From Welwitschia mirabilis (lineage: Eukaryota): a stretch of DNA of 64,000 nucleotides. The DNA is taken from contig JBOZIK010000001.1 in assembly GCA_051453625.1 (NCBI GenBank), forward strand, positions 10,313,774 to 10,377,773, given 5' to 3'. The notes under the pieces were generated by a model, which did not search any database, was not told where the DNA came from, and saw nothing but the letters and a program-made list of their open reading frames with translations. Below, one piece after another: positions 40,801 to 56,799 of the stretch (positions are counted from its first letter, which is position 1; every line of letters starts with the position of its first letter). The position numbers and the translations under genes are program-made.

Positions 40801-42649
40801 TCAGCTATAGAACATACCCTTAGCTTCAACGTCAATACCTTTTTCATTGATATAGAGGTGGAAAAATAGGACAAATGCTCTAAGATGTAGTCCTTATTTT
40901 TGTTCCTGCTTCTCATCTGATAACTCATTAGAGTGTGCCCCCTTTTCTTCCCCTCCTTATGATTCCCACACCTCTTCTTTCCTCCACCACTTGTCCCTCC
41001 CTCTCCCTCCCCTTCTTACCTTCCCCTAGCCTTGAGAGCTTGTTCCTTATGTCTTCTTATCATTATTCCTCTTCTTCCCCATCCTCACCTATCATGCTAT
41101 CCTCTAATTCTAAGCTTTTTATTCCTCCTCATTTAGTGCCTTCTCCTAGTCCTTCTTCCTAATCACCTTCCCTTCCTTCCCTAGTTTCTTCAGTCCATCT
41201 ATCGAGCTTGTCCTAAGATCTTGAGAAATCTCTTGAAGGCTCTACTTAGCATCATTAGAACCTTTAACTAAGTTCCCATTTAAAAGTTTGGGCTTATAGC
41301 ATTATGTTATTAAGAAGAAAGCAAAGAAATGTCATCATCTACTCTATAAAACATATGCACCTTGACTGTGTGTAAGGCTCCGTTGCTCAACACATTAAGG
41401 TTGTCATCCAAACACAATAATTAAATGTAGTTGTCGAGGTCCTAAAGCACTCAAAATCTAGAGGAATGCTTCACAAGAAGTGCATTTGGAAATTATAACT
41501 CATAATTCTCAAGTGGCACAACTCTAGTTTCGTAGGTTTTATGTAGAAGAAATTTTATTTCCTTTTGAAGCTTTTTACTATTATAGGCTTTTTCAATAGT
41601 TTTACCTTACTTTATTTTCTTAGTATATCTCATTCGTTGGGCTATTATTGAATTGCATATAATTGGATAATATCACTATTATAGTCCTTTAGTTCTCCTC
41701 CCTAGGAAGGAAGCCATCTTCTTTTTGGTCGATCTTTATTATTTTTTTATGCTAGCCCTTGATTTTAATCTTGCAAATTTTATTAATAGAAGTGATCATT
41801 AATTTTTTAAAAATAAAAGGTACTTAGTAAGACCATCTTTATTTCAATTAAGTTTAAACCTTTAATATTATCCAAGTGGTTCTTCTTCGTAGTATTAAAA
41901 ACATATAACTTTATATTCATATTATTAAATAACATGTTAACCATCCCATTCATATAGTTGATTAAAGAGTTAAAAGTGACAAGGAATGGTCTATCTAAGA
42001 TAAGTAAAAATCCCTTAAGATTATCTTTTATTTCTAAATAATAAAATATATAGTATATTAATACTTATTAACTCATACCAAAATATCTTTTATTACTCTT
42101 TTCTGGATTTTTATCCAATAATTAGTAAGTGACAAAGTTATTCTAGTTTCCCTTAGTTCTTCTAATCTAGATCTATATTCAGAAAACATAAATATTATCA
42201 TTCATATGAAGGAAAATTCAAACCAACTTATTTGTAGTCTTGGAGAAATTCTAAAGAGCATAGGTAATAGGTCATAAATACTATTTCATAAAGTGGTAAA
42301 ATTTAAAAAGCCTAAAAATAATATCTTATAATAAGAAATGTCTCAAAGTAAAATGTAAACCATCATTTATAACTAGTATTAAGGCATAAAGGTGTACATA
42401 AAACTTGTAAACCAACCTTCTTAATAACCTATGAAATCTATGAAAGAATTCAAGATACTACTACCATATTTAAGTACCCAAAATCCCAAATTATAAAATA
42501 AAAAAAATATTGTAAGATTCTTCTCAAGTAATAAAAACACATTGCAATTCCATAATTTTCTTGAATATTCTCAATAGAAGTTTGTTTCAACATGATATCT
42601 GAGGAACTGTGTTTAATTTCCAAGAAAAGTGAGTTTTCATTATCCAAAT

Positions 42650-44956
42650 TTATGCTTAAAATATGAGAGTAAGGTTTTGACAATCCTTGAACCTAAAGTT
42701 AACATCAATGTCACATGTTTTTCTCATAATAGAAAAACTTTGAAACTATTTCAACTAAAACATAAGTTTATATAATTTAAACTTAGCTCAAGGTGGAGGG
42801 CTTAGCCAAAATACAAGTCTAATTTCTTTAACATGTCTAGGATCTACTACTTAGACCACACTTTTTTAATAAAATTTCAATCATGGATTAAAGAAAAAAA
42901 TTCTAGATGACATAATAAGTGGTGTATGGAAAAGAAAGGTAAGAATCAAATGGAAAATTAACTAGAAGAATTATAGAGGATTCCAAATAAATGCAACTCC
43001 AAAAGAAATGAAAGAATATTAAAACTCATTTTAAGAATTTAGTACGTATAATTGTAAATAGGTGAATAAATGTACAAGTAATAAAATTATCATAATATAG
43101 GAGAGGTTTTTCAAATAAGGATGGCTAGAAAATTTAAATTTAGAATAAAATTACTTATTATAACACTATTAGAAATGATAGAAATGAAACAAGATGATAC
43201 TATTTCTAAAGAGGGGCATGTTAATGGCTAGAAAAAGGAGACGCGAATATTAGGTTTTTCAACTATGAGATTCTAATAAGAAAGAAATAAATAAAATAAG
43301 ATAACTTAAAGGCAATGATAATAGGATTTATAAAGAAAATAACAACATGGCTAGAATTCTGGAAAATTGTTTAAAAAATATTTCATAAGAAAAGCATTCA
43401 AAATAAAGAGTTAATATCTTCTAAGAGACATCCTAATAATAGAGTAGTGCTCCTATGATGGAGTAGTTGTAAGTTTAATTCTTGAAAATGTATTTCAATA
43501 AATAAATAATGAACAAAATAACTCACAAATTTGAGTGATTTTAATATAAATAGGTATTAATATTTTAATGGAAGGAAAAATGAATAAACATAGTTTATAG
43601 CGTAAAAGATAAAGGAATCCCTTAGTTTACATTAATTATCACTTGGTTTATATGGATTTCTAGCATATTTTTATCCAGATTACTTAGATATTATCAAAAA
43701 GGATATAATATACGTAGCCAGAACATATGAAAAAAAGAAAATATATTACATATAGTATACAACATCTAGGTGACACTCATTTCCAAAAATACAAGGGTTG
43801 ATCTATTAGTAGATTTTAAATTAATCAACCTATATGATCAAATAAACAAAAATTTTCAAAAGAACTAATAGAAATAAAAAAATCTACCATTTATTACGTA
43901 AAGCTTTTAAGAACAAGACTTATTATAGTTCAAATTCTTCTAGCTTATGAAAATTTCCATTTAGCATAAGTCCATAAGATATCAAATTTTAACTTAAAAC
44001 CTAATTTTAACAAATATTATGACCATCCAATTTGGAGATATTTAGAGATGGTAATAAATAAAATAGATTTCTCAAAACAATGTGTAAAACAATGAAAGAA
44101 TGATATGTAATATTGAAATTTTTAATTGTTATGAACAACCAACCAAATCACCTTTTCCCAAGCTCTAACAACGTCAAATAGTAGGGCTTTGTTATCTTAT
44201 TCGTTTTTATCATTACAACAAAAGGTTTTCATTACATTATCTAAGACTTAGTATGAGACAATAATATCAAGGGCATTAAGGCAACCTTTAATTGTAATAG
44301 ATTTACATGGTTCTTTTTTTTTTTGTTTAAAGAGAGCTTAATTCATGAAAAACCATACTACTTACTAGAATCATTGGGTTGCTTAGCTAAGCCTTACCAA
44401 CGTGAGAGCTAAAAACATTTAGGAATCACTTATAACTTGTATCCAAAATATTGAATCTTGATCATAGGCATACCTTAGAAATAGAATATGAGCCACAAGC
44501 CAATCTCAATGCCCTAGGATTCCAACCTAAGACATTCAATCTCACAACTTATAGACATGGGTTGAGCTTGCTTCACTATGCATTAGGTTCATACACTTAC
44601 AATTTGTTCATAATGCCTTGCTATTCTTTGAAATAAATAAGGAGTTAAAGATGTAAGTCAAAATGTATTAAATGTTTTTTTAGAGGTAATAGAAGTAAAT
44701 ATAATCTTCCAAACAAAGATAATACACTCCTTCCATTTATTAGTGAATAGAGAAAGTGAACTCATAATCAAATAGCAGACCTCATAGTACATGATAGATA
44801 ACTTTAATCAAATTTGAAGATAATGTGAATGCAAAATATTAATTTTTGTAGTTAGAGTTTAATTAATTTTAAGTTTGTTATAATTGATTCTTGTTTATGT
44901 ATTGTTATCCATAAAGACCCTCAAGAAGGTAAGCAATGTTCTAAAAAGAGCAAAAA
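42650..44956 (+). mobile_element. Degenerate L1 LINE ORF2 (EN-RT-RNase H remnants)
   Basis: VTLISK..DFKLINL (TLIPK..DFRPISL), YDHPIWRYLEMVINKIDF (YDxxxWxYLxxVMxKMGF), LSYSFLS-region (LSPYLF-like) and HNQIAD (RNase H-like RExNxxAD) at about 44760-44780. An A-rich end lies at about 44943-44956. Confidence 0.6.
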
Positions 44957-45135
44957 GGATCATGTTTAGTATAATCTAGATTAATCAAGAAAACTTTATC
45001 CATGGAGTGGGAAAGGTTTGCAATCCATAGAAGATAGAGGACGAAAAGCATACAATATTTGACAAGTTAGTCCTAAAAGTGAACTTAAGTAGTTCATCAG
45101 CTATGATGAAAAATGTATACATATACATACATACA

Positions 45136-45137
<2 letters not shown>

Positions 45138-45169
<32 letters not shown>
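45138..45169 (+). repeat. (TA)n microsatellite
   Basis: Directly visible perfect run. Confidence 0.95.
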
Positions 45170-45172
<3 letters not shown>

Positions 45173-47149
45173 CACATTATGTTAACCACTTGAAACATTA
45201 CTCATGTAATGTTATGCTTCATGAGGCTCTCCAAATGATCTTTGAGTAAAAAAATAACAAAGTAAAATTCAAAATGAAGTGAAAATATAATCAATCCTTC
45301 ACTAGGTAAGGCTTAGAACTTAAAAAGGCCTAAAATCCTTGTTCTTGAAGAATGAACAAACTTTTTAAAGTAGCAATAGTTATATACATTATTGAGAAAA
45401 CAACCATTTATAAATAATTTGTAAATAATTTTTTTAAATCCAAACATTTAGAAATGCTTTGATTTTTTGAAAATCAACTATAAGTTGGAAAACAAAGAAA
45501 GAAAAATCTGCTCATGTAATGATTGAGATACATTTAATAATTACCTTGGTAAGAGAAGTAAAGACATAAGTATGTATGATTAGTATTAAAGTATTGAAGG
45601 GACTATGAACCTTGCTTATTACTTCTTATTAGAAGATAATTCTTCTAGATATTAAAATCATATTTAAAATGATTAGTTTCCTAATGGATTAATAGAAAAA
45701 CTAGTGGAATACTCATCCTCCACATAGAACTTTATGGGTTCAAAATATTTAGATGCCTTGCTTGGCATTAGTGTGGTCATGAGCATAATTAAATTATTCC
45801 TTTCAATGCTGTGGTAGTTGTACTCTAAGGAAAAGATATGGTTAGTAAAAGTTTCAAGTTTAACCCTGCTTAAAATGCCTAAGTTTATCTACAAATTTTT
45901 TTAATACTAAGAAAGCTCTTGTTTGTTATAAGCACTTTGGGTGTAATGTGAGATTTGAGATTATAGCTACTTAAGACGATGTGAAATCTATATATTATTT
46001 CTTATGTGGTTTTCAAATTGTGGAAAGGGTTGGTATCGCTCCTTCTCTATTTTAGAAACATGGCTGTTTATTTTAATTTTTGGCATGCCGCATACTAGGG
46101 TTAACGTTTTTATTTATTTATATTTGTGAAGACATGCCACTCAACTATATGTCTCTAACCGCTCATGTCTCTAGTTGATTATACTACCTCTTAGTTGTGT
46201 TAATATGGTATTCATTATGTGTTTATTATATTTTCAGGTTAAATGTGAAATTACAAAGTGTACTCATTAACATCAATAAAATAAATTGGAGGGGAAGAAA
46301 AGTTTATTCTTTTAAAAAAAAATTAGAAGTTTTATTTCATGGTATAAATTCCCATTAGATTCGTTTAAACAGAATTATATTAATTTTAAATCTTGATGGG
46401 GATAAGGGATATTGAACTCAAAACTTTTAGTGGATGTACATTCCCATAAAAGTACAACCACTATGATCACCTAGACTAATAATTTAACTGTGCTTAGGGC
46501 CTTACAAGATGCTAAGCAAGGAAGAGTTAACAGTTTCCAATTTGAATAAAAATGAGATTTCTAAACATATTCTTTGTCATCCACGTTCCATTTATGATTA
46601 GAGCAGAAGTTGAGCAAAGCAATGAAGATTGTTAACTTTTTTAACTTTGAAAGGTAGTAAATATGTTCCATTTGTCCACTTTAAAGAATCCCACATGAAT
46701 TTGCCATTACTAATTGGGTAGAGATTATGTTTGACAAAATCCTTTAGCTTGAAATGAGCAAGACACATTACCGTGGATGAACCATAATTCGAAAATCTAC
46801 GCATTGAACCCATTGCCCTTCGAAATGGATACAACTAAAGACACAATGTACGCTTAGGAAAAGGACATGCCATCGGACCATTCAACAAGGAAAGATGCTA
46901 TGGATTTAATTCTTAAAATATGGACGAAGAAATGTAAAATCTTGCCAATTTATAAAACAATGAATAAATCTCCATAGCTTGTAAATATGTTAAAACCATG
47001 AATACCTCGTATTTTAACCTTAAGTTGTTGAAGCTATCATTATACCTTTTTTTTTAAGGAAAATTTTTTCATTTATTTAAAAATAAAATATTTGGATTCC
47101 ATTTTTGTTCAAACTATCTACTATTTGAGGTTTTTTTTTCTTTGAACAT

Positions 47150-48044
47150 TCAACACGGATGTCAACATTCATTACAGTAACGACAAAACGTTTTAAAAAT
47201 TAATTACAGCTGGCGTTTGGAAAAGTACGCCGGACAAAAGCACGAGAGAAAAACCAGGAGAGTGGACCTATCAATGACGAAAGTAGAGTGAACGAATCAT
47301 TAAAGTGGGGAAAAGTTCATCCATCATCCCACGAAAAAGCACAGAAAAGCAAACCAAAAATCCTTTTCTTCGATTATTCTACCACATAAAATGTATTGCT
47401 CCGAGCATTTAGCGAAAACAATTCCAGCAAACCCAGATGCAATTTTTTCAAAGAAGACCACAATTTACAGTAAGAAAACCGGGGAGAAAACAAGCAGAAG
47501 TGAAAGAATCTTTCTTGAGCTTTTTCGCCCAAAAACTCCCTCGTCCTGGGCCGCGACGTGGAGATAACTCCCACTTCAGATCGCTTCCAGACCGTTGAGG
47601 AACCCCTCCGATTGATCTCTGCATCTATAAATGGACTGAGTGATAGCACTTGGATACAGTCTATCGCAGGATTGCTTGAATTCGTAGCTTCGCTGTGAAT
47701 TTTGATTGAACTTTCTGTGAGCATTGAAGTATTCGCTTCCGTTTTTCAGAGGGGCCACTTCTTCCCTGTCTGCTTTTGCTCGTAAAATATAATAAAGGGC
47801 CCTCGATTCTGGTCTCGTCCCGAATCTTTGCCCTACACGCAACTGGAGTGTATGAAAAGGCGTTGCAGAGTGTCCTTAGAGAGTATGCGTTTGTTGCTTT
47901 AGGAGGTCGTCAGCTGTCTTCCTTGGTTTGCCCTTGCTCCAAGTAGTGTGGCAGAGCAGCCAAGGGTTTCTGATTGCAGAATTTTTGCGCCTCTTTGTCG
48001 ATTTCGGATACGACTTGCTGAGATACACCCTTAGGGTTGCGAAA
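47150..48044 (+). promoter_or_regulatory. CpG-rich promoter/5'UTR region of the AMMECR1-like gene
   Basis: CpG and GC content rise sharply upstream of the ATG. Candidate 5'UTR acceptors at about 47902 (gctttag) and 47979 (attgcag). A telo-box-like TTAGGGTT lies at 48031-48038. Confidence 0.45.
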
Positions 48045-49755
<1,711 letters not shown>

Positions 49756-49876
49756 TGTCACTAATTTGGTGGCCTCCCATCTCCATTGAAGTTCAGCATT
49801 TTCAAACATTGTTCTTTCATGGCCATTAATAAGTTTTTTTTTGGGTAAATGGCCATAGCATCCTCTGAATGATCAG

Positions 49877-50107
49877 TCAATTCTTTATGGTCTAGATTTG
49901 TTTTTGAATTCAAAATGCTCTGTAACTTTTCATGCTTCCAGAGCATGATAACTGCTAACATTTGCAACAAAAATGCTGAGGGATGGGATGATTTATTTTG
50001 AGTCACAAAATGCTCTGCCAATTCTTTATGCTTTAGACTTGTTTTTGGATTCAAAATGCTCTGTGCTTTCATGCTTCCAGAGCATCATCACTGCTAATGT
50101 TTGCAAA
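49877..50107 (+). repeat. Tandem duplication (about 90 bp core, 140 bp period) in the AMMECR1 3' region
   Basis: caattctttatg..ttcaaaatgctctgt..ttcatgcttccagagcat..actgctaa..tttgcaa occurs at 49877-49970 and 50018-50107. Confidence 0.85.
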
Positions 50108-51037
50108 ACTTTACCGCAAATTTCATGATTGTCATCAAACTTTTTGTTCTGAATTTTTCTTTTACTGGCATGGCTTCCACTATTCAGTTCTATACTTCAA
50201 ATCTATGTGGGTGTTCTCGAAATCTATCCAATGCTAATGATTGGTGTGTTCACTGATCCTCCAATGCCCAATCCAAAATTTAACACTTCTTTAGCAAGAC
50301 CACTGTTTCTGGTTCTGATAAATTAACCTGTGCTAGGATAATGAATTTTAGCTTTTTTTGGAGGTCACTTTTACTATTACAAGGTTATTATGCAATAGAT
50401 CCCTTTCCCTGCAATTCTCAGTTAAAATATTGCTCTGGAAGTTATCTTCGGGGATTTTTTGTACTTCAACCAAAGAAAAAATGTATCAAGTAACCAACTT
50501 TTGTCAGGAACGTTTGTATTGTGCATTCTTCCGATAGCTGAAAGCATATGTCAGCTTTTATTGCTGTGATATCTTTTCTGAGGGTGCATGACATCTCTAC
50601 TGTACCTTCCTAAACTTCTTTATCAGTTATTTGCCACTACTTTTTTAAAACCCACTATTTGGAATCACCCTGTTTTCATTATCAGTGATCTGTTTCTTGG
50701 GCTGTTGTCATATGCTTTATGCCGATTCTGTCATTTTCTGGCTTCTATTGTTTTTGTTGTGCTGAGGAATGTCCTTTGCAAGCTGACAACTTTTAACGAA
50801 AATTATGTGTATACAAAGGTGAGTTGCATGTATGGATGGGACATAAAAGAAGTACATTAGTACATGATTCATCTGTTGGGTGGCTGAAGTGGTACAGGGT
50901 AGTTTAACTTCATCATTGTCGTCTTAGCATTTTCCTAACTAAAGTGGCTGGCTTTATAAGTTCTTTTATGTCGTCGTATCTCTCTCAAAAGCTAAATCAC
51001 CAACGACATCGAGATAAATTTATTGGTGGAAAGTCCA

Positions 51038-51503
51038 TTACTCATTTGTTAGTTTGCAGTGAGTGGGTTAGTAGATCCATTTTCACCACAACACAACAAA
51101 TCTTGTGGTTACCGAGAGAGGGGGAAAAAGAAATGAAAAAGAAAGTGAGAGAACAAGAAAGGGAAAGGTCCATAACTCCTAAGTTAAAATGTGCATTTAG
51201 ATTTGGCTCAACCCTATGATATGTATTGAAACCCTCAATTCTTTTTGCCCCCACCTCCCAAAAGGAGGGGTAGGGAGAGAGAGAGGCGGGGGGTGGAAGG
51301 AAGAGGGAAGAAGGGAGGGAGAGAGGGAGATGAAAAGGAGAGAAGAAGAACTAAGTTCTTACATGCATATGAATGGTTTGTAGTAATAGAAAAAGGATTG
51401 AAGAGACGACTCGGCTTTCTATAGAGAAAAACCAACCCACCACCCTGCTCTAAAATTTTTGGTTCCTTATCTCATGATGCAACTAAACAAAAATGTGAAG
51501 TAA
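51038..51503. mobile_element. Possible MITE with imperfect terminal inverted repeats
   Basis: ttactcatttgttagtttgcagtgag (51038-51063) is an imperfect inverse of ctcatgatgcaactaaacaaaaatgtgaagtaa (51471-51503). The interior is purine-rich and non-coding. Confidence 0.35.
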
Positions 51504-52019
51504 AAATAAAAACGAAATGTATTGCCAAACTTTGAAATATAGCTTTAATGGAGGCAAAATAGAAAAACTCAAATTTTATTCCTATTCCACTTCCCAAACC
51601 ATTAAATTCTATACATATTGTTCCTTGCTTCTTGTTACATATAGGAAATAAAAAGATTCCAACTTCCCATCATCAAACTCTGTACATACCCTTTTTTTCT
51701 TTTAGTTGCACATAGGAAATAAAACAATTCTAACTTCCTAGAAAATTTAAATGATTCCTATCCACCTACTATACATTGCCATCTTCATTACAACACATCC
51801 AACGTCTATAAATAACCTAAGCTTTATTATTTTTGTGTTTGAGCTTTGCAAGTTTTAGGTAACGACTCTTGCTTGTGTGTTAAGACATTCATGTTAGAAC
51901 ATCCCTCCATGAAATGCTACTTGTCCTCAAGTTGTTGTTCTATTGTCTAATAAATATCACATAAACTTTACATCTGTCTACAATTGTGTCTTCTTTTCCC
52001 TTGTAATCATTGGTTTGTT

Positions 52020-55000
52020 TTCATGAAATCTTTGTAATTCTATGATATTAAATGCCTTACTTATTCTCATTCCTTTGGGGAGGCTTATCTACATTAAACT
52101 TATTCTCATTCCTTTCAGGAAGTTTATCCCATACACATTATTTGGTATTTTTGAACAATCCAAGATTCCCTCGACCTAGCTACTTTGTGAAACATTTCTG
52201 ATTAAAAATCTCCTTGCTTCAATTCAAGAAAGCTCCTCTTATTGCATGCCCCTAACATTTTGAGTATCAAGATGTTGCTAAGGAACTTGTTGCGATGATT
52301 TGTGCAATGTTTCTATTGAGCTCACTTTGATTGATTTGAATAATTAGATTTCAAATGCCTACTTTCTAGATTAAAGATAAATGAGATATTTCTTAAATCA
52401 GGTTTAGAAAAATGTGTTTGACTTGTTTTAGATTAGAACAAAATGGCTTAGGATAAAGATATGGTTCTTAGGTCTTTTAATTTAAAATCTGAAAATGATA
52501 GGATATTCTAAGGAATTTAAGAAAACAATTCTAAAGATTGATTTTAGTAACTCCTAATGTTTTGAAAATAAAAAAAGATCTTATTTTTGCATGGATTTAT
52601 AAAGAAGGTAGTTTTAGAATGAAGTAAAATTTAGATCTAAAATAATAAAATAATAAAGAACTGAACGAAATGTTTACTTCAGAAATTTGACAAGGATTCG
52701 AATTAATATGATTTCTAAAACATGAATATTTAGACTCTATTTTCTGTAATCGGCTTTAAATCTAAAGCAAAATTAGAGATTTAATGTTTCAAAAAGAAAA
52801 ATGATATTTCCTTATTGAAACTAAATTTGAAACAAATACATAATGACTTTGAAAATATTATATCAGAATTTGACAGAAACCTAATTCGAGATGAATTCTG
52901 AACTAGAATAAACAAATTATAATCAGAATGCAAGTATGGTAGAACTAAGGACTATAAATTTCAGAATGGAAATAATCTTCTTAGAACTTAGTAAATCCTA
53001 AGTAGAAGAGTAATGACCTTGAAAATAATCCTAATAAATTGAAAACATAAATTTATTGAATTTGAAAATTGACTTACATGTATTAACTACTTTTAGAAGG
53101 GAATCAATTAAAACTAACAAGCTTTAGGACTTGATTTGTAATTTCCAAACTGTCAATTTGACAAGGATGATTTCAAGTGAGACTAACAAGCTTTAGGACT
53201 TGATTTGTAATTTTCAGTTTGTCAAATTTGACAAGGATGATTTTGGAATTACTTGGATCTAATGTTTGATACCTTTGAAAGGAACAATAAGGCTCTTTCA
53301 TAGAGATGCTGATGAGAAAAATGGGGAGATTTTAGGGGCTTCATTAAGATTTTGTTGAAGGTGGTTTTGGGTGGTTAGAGATTGATTAAAATTTTTGGCA
53401 GGCATGTCAAAAGACTTTTTGAACATGAATCTTTAACTTTTTCAAGTTTCTAACAACTGTGTACAAAAAGTTTGTTATTGATAATAGTGTTATCTATAAC
53501 ACAATTTTTAGAAATTCTATTTTCAGGTCTGTGTTTCTATTTTTAGAATTACATTTATTATTTCCATGATAAAATAAATTCTTCCTGAGGAGAATTAATA
53601 AATTTTCTTTACAATGCCCCCTTTTCCCCCAACTCCCACCTACAACTCCTCTTTATGATGGAAATTTTGGAATTTACGTCATAAAATTAAAGGAGTCAAA
53701 GACTTCAATCTTGCTTGGAATTAAGTGAGGATGGATCAATTAGAATGTCTCTAAGATTGTCTTCATTCATTATTTCTGACTNNNNNNNNNNNNNNNNNNN
53801 NNNNNNNNNNNNNNNNNNNNNNNNNNNNNNNNNNNNNNNNNNNNNNNNNNNNNNNNNNNNNNNNNNNNNNNNNNNNNNNNNATTGTCTTCATTCATTATT
53901 TCTGACTGCTTCTGAGAAACTGTCCTGATTAGATCTTCGAGGCCATTTCTTTCCATATAAGTTCTTATTTTATAGTGGTGGAATCTTCAGGTGTGAAGTG
54001 ACCCATCACTGAATGTGTAGCATGCCCCCAAAAGCTTTGATGATATCTAAATGAATAGAATGGATGATATGGTGGAACTAGTTTTATATATTCAACTTCT
54101 GGACTTAATCCTCTTGTAAGAGCTTCAAGATTTTCATCTATTTGATTTACATCGGTCGATAGTTTTGTCTTCTTTTCCATCGGAATCTTTGATTTATTTT
54201 CATGAAATCTCTATAACCTTAAACACCTTCCTTATTCTCATTCCTTTAGGGAAGTTTATGTCATAGATGTTATTTGGTATTTTGAACAATTCAAAATGCC
54301 CTAGTCCTTGCTACTTTGTGAAACATTTCTCTTCTAATTAAATTCTTCTTGCTTCAACTTAAGAAACCTCTTCTTGTTGCATGTCCCTAACATTTTGAGT
54401 ATCAAGATTTTGCTAAGGTACCTATTATGATGATTTATGCAACATTTCTAGTAGCCTGACTTTGATTGACTTGAATAATTAGATTTTAAATGTTTAATTT
54501 TTAGATTAAAGATAAATGAGATGTTTCTTAAATTAGGCTTAGAAAAATGCCTTTTATTTATTTTGGAATTGAACGAAAAAACTTAGAATAAGGACATGAT
54601 TCTTAGATTTTTTGATTTAAATTTGAAAATAATAGGAGACTCTAATGAATTTGCCAAAACAATTCTGAAGATGATTTTAGTAACTTCTAATGCTTTGAAA
54701 ATTAAAAAAGATCTTATTTTTGCATGTATTTATAAAGGAAGTAGTTATAGAATGAAGTAAAATGCAGATCTGAAATAATAAAATGATAAAGAATTCAAAG
54801 AAATGTTCATTTCAAAAATTTGACAAGGATTCAAATTAATATGATTTCTAAAACATGAATATTTAGATTCTATTTTCTGTAGTCAACTTTCAATCTAAAG
54901 CAAAATTAGACATTCAATATTTTAGAAAGAAAAATGATATTCTATGACTAAAAGTAAATTTGAAAAAGATACACAATGGCTTTGAAAATATTATATTAGA

Positions 55001-56540
55001 ATTTAATAGAAACCTAATTCAAGATGAATTCTAAATTAGAAGAAATAGACTATAATCCAAATGCAAGTATGACAAAAGTAAGGACCACTAATTTCGGAAT
55101 GGAAAATAATATTCTTAGAACTTAGCAAATTACTAAACAAAAGAGTAATGACCTTGACAATAATTCTAATAAATCGAAAACACAGTTTTATTGAATTTGA
55201 AAATTGACTTACAAGTCTTGACTACTTTTAGAAGGGACTCAATTGAGATTGANNNNNNNNNNNNNNNNNNNNNNNNNNNNNNNNNNNNNNNNNNNNNNNN
55301 NNNNNNNNNNNNNNNNNNNNNNNNNNNNNNNNNNNNNNNNNNNNNNNNNNNNNNNNNNNNNNNNNNNNNNNNNNNNNNNNNNNNNNNNNNNNNNNNNNNN
55401 NNNNNNNNNNNNNNNNNNNNNNNNNNNNNNNNNNNNNNNNNNNNNNNNNNNNNNNNNNNNNNNNNNNNNNNNNNNNNNNNNNNNNNNNNNNNNNNNNNNN
55501 NNNNNNNNNNNNNNNNNNNNNNNNNNNNNNNNNNNNNNNNNNNNNNNNNNNNNNNNNNNNNNNNNNNNNNNNNNNNNNNNNNNNNNNNNNNNNNNNNNNN
55601 NNNNNNNNNNNNNNNNNNNNNNNNNNNNNNNNNNNNNNNNNNNNNNNNNNNNNNNNNNNNNNNNNNNNNNNNNAAACACAGTTTTATTGAATTTGAAAAT
55701 TGACTTACAAGTATTAACTACTTTTAGAAGGGAATCAATTGAGATTGACAAGATTCAAGACTCGACTTGCAATTTGCAGACTATTAATTTGACAGGATGC
55801 TTGTGGAATTACTTGGATGTCATTTTCCATACCTTTGAAAGGAAGAATGAGGCCCTTTTAGAAAAATGGGGAGATTTTAGAGGCTTCATTGAGATTTTGT
55901 TAAAGGTTGTTTGGGGTGGTTAGAGATTGATCAAAATTTTTGGCAGGCATGTCAAAGGACTTTTCGAACATGAGTCTTTGATTTTTCCCAGTTTTTGATG
56001 ACTGTCTTCAAAAAGTCTGTTATCGATAATAGTGTTATTACAACAGAGTTTTTAAAAATTCTATTTTCAGAGCTGTGTTTCTCTTTTTAGAATTACATTT
56101 ATTGTTTTCATGATAAAATAAATTATTCTTGAGGAGAATTAATAAATTTTCCTCATAATTTCCCCCCTTTTATGATAAAAATTTTGGAATTTACATCAGA
56201 AAACCAAAGGAGTAAAAGGCTCCAACCTTGCGTAGAATTAAGTGATGATGAATTAAATAGAATTTCTTTGACATCGTCTTCATTTATGATGTTTGACTGC
56301 TTCTAAGAAACTGTCATGGTTAGACTTTTGAGGTTATTTTCTTTCCATACAACTTCTCATTCTATACTAATACAATCTTTAGGTCTGAACTCACTTATGA
56401 TTGAATGTGTAGCATGCCCCTTAAAGCTCTAATAATATTTAAATGAATAGAATGAATGATATGTGGAACTAGTTCCACATATTCAACTTCTAGATTTAAT
56501 CCTCCTCTGAGAGCTTCAAGTTTTTCGTCCAATTGATTTT
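52020..56540 (-). repeat. Tandem duplication of an about 2.2 kb unit (52020-54190, 54200-56540) in the 3' region of the Tat/Ogre element
   Basis: The two units are colinear over their length, with shared anchors catgaaatct, ctactttgtgaaacatttct, aaacatgaatatttaga, gaatgtgtagcatgcccc. The copies are clearly diverged. Confidence 0.9.
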
Positions 56541-56799
56541 AATTTCTTAGAGTTCTTGATTAATTTTTTGTAGAAGCTCATCAGCTTCAGCAAGCATATT
56601 TATCACATTTTTCCTGAATCCATGATTTGCAAAATTAATTAAATAAGACATCACGAAGCATCTAATCCAAAAATATCATAAAAAATTATGACAATTATTT
56701 ACATGAGAAATGAAGGCAGAAATCTCTTGAAATTTAAACTTTCAACAATAATATTTTTTTAAGTAATGAGAATTTATAGATTCCCTATCTTCGCTTCCA

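Noticed and set aside
40935-41162. Pro/Ser/Leu-rich ORF
   Set aside because: Low-complexity polypyrimidine tract with no ATG start or gene structure.
47928-48044. N-terminal extension of AMMECR1 shown in the ORF track
   Set aside because: It starts at a non-ATG codon; the family N-terminus MVSAN begins at ATG 48045.
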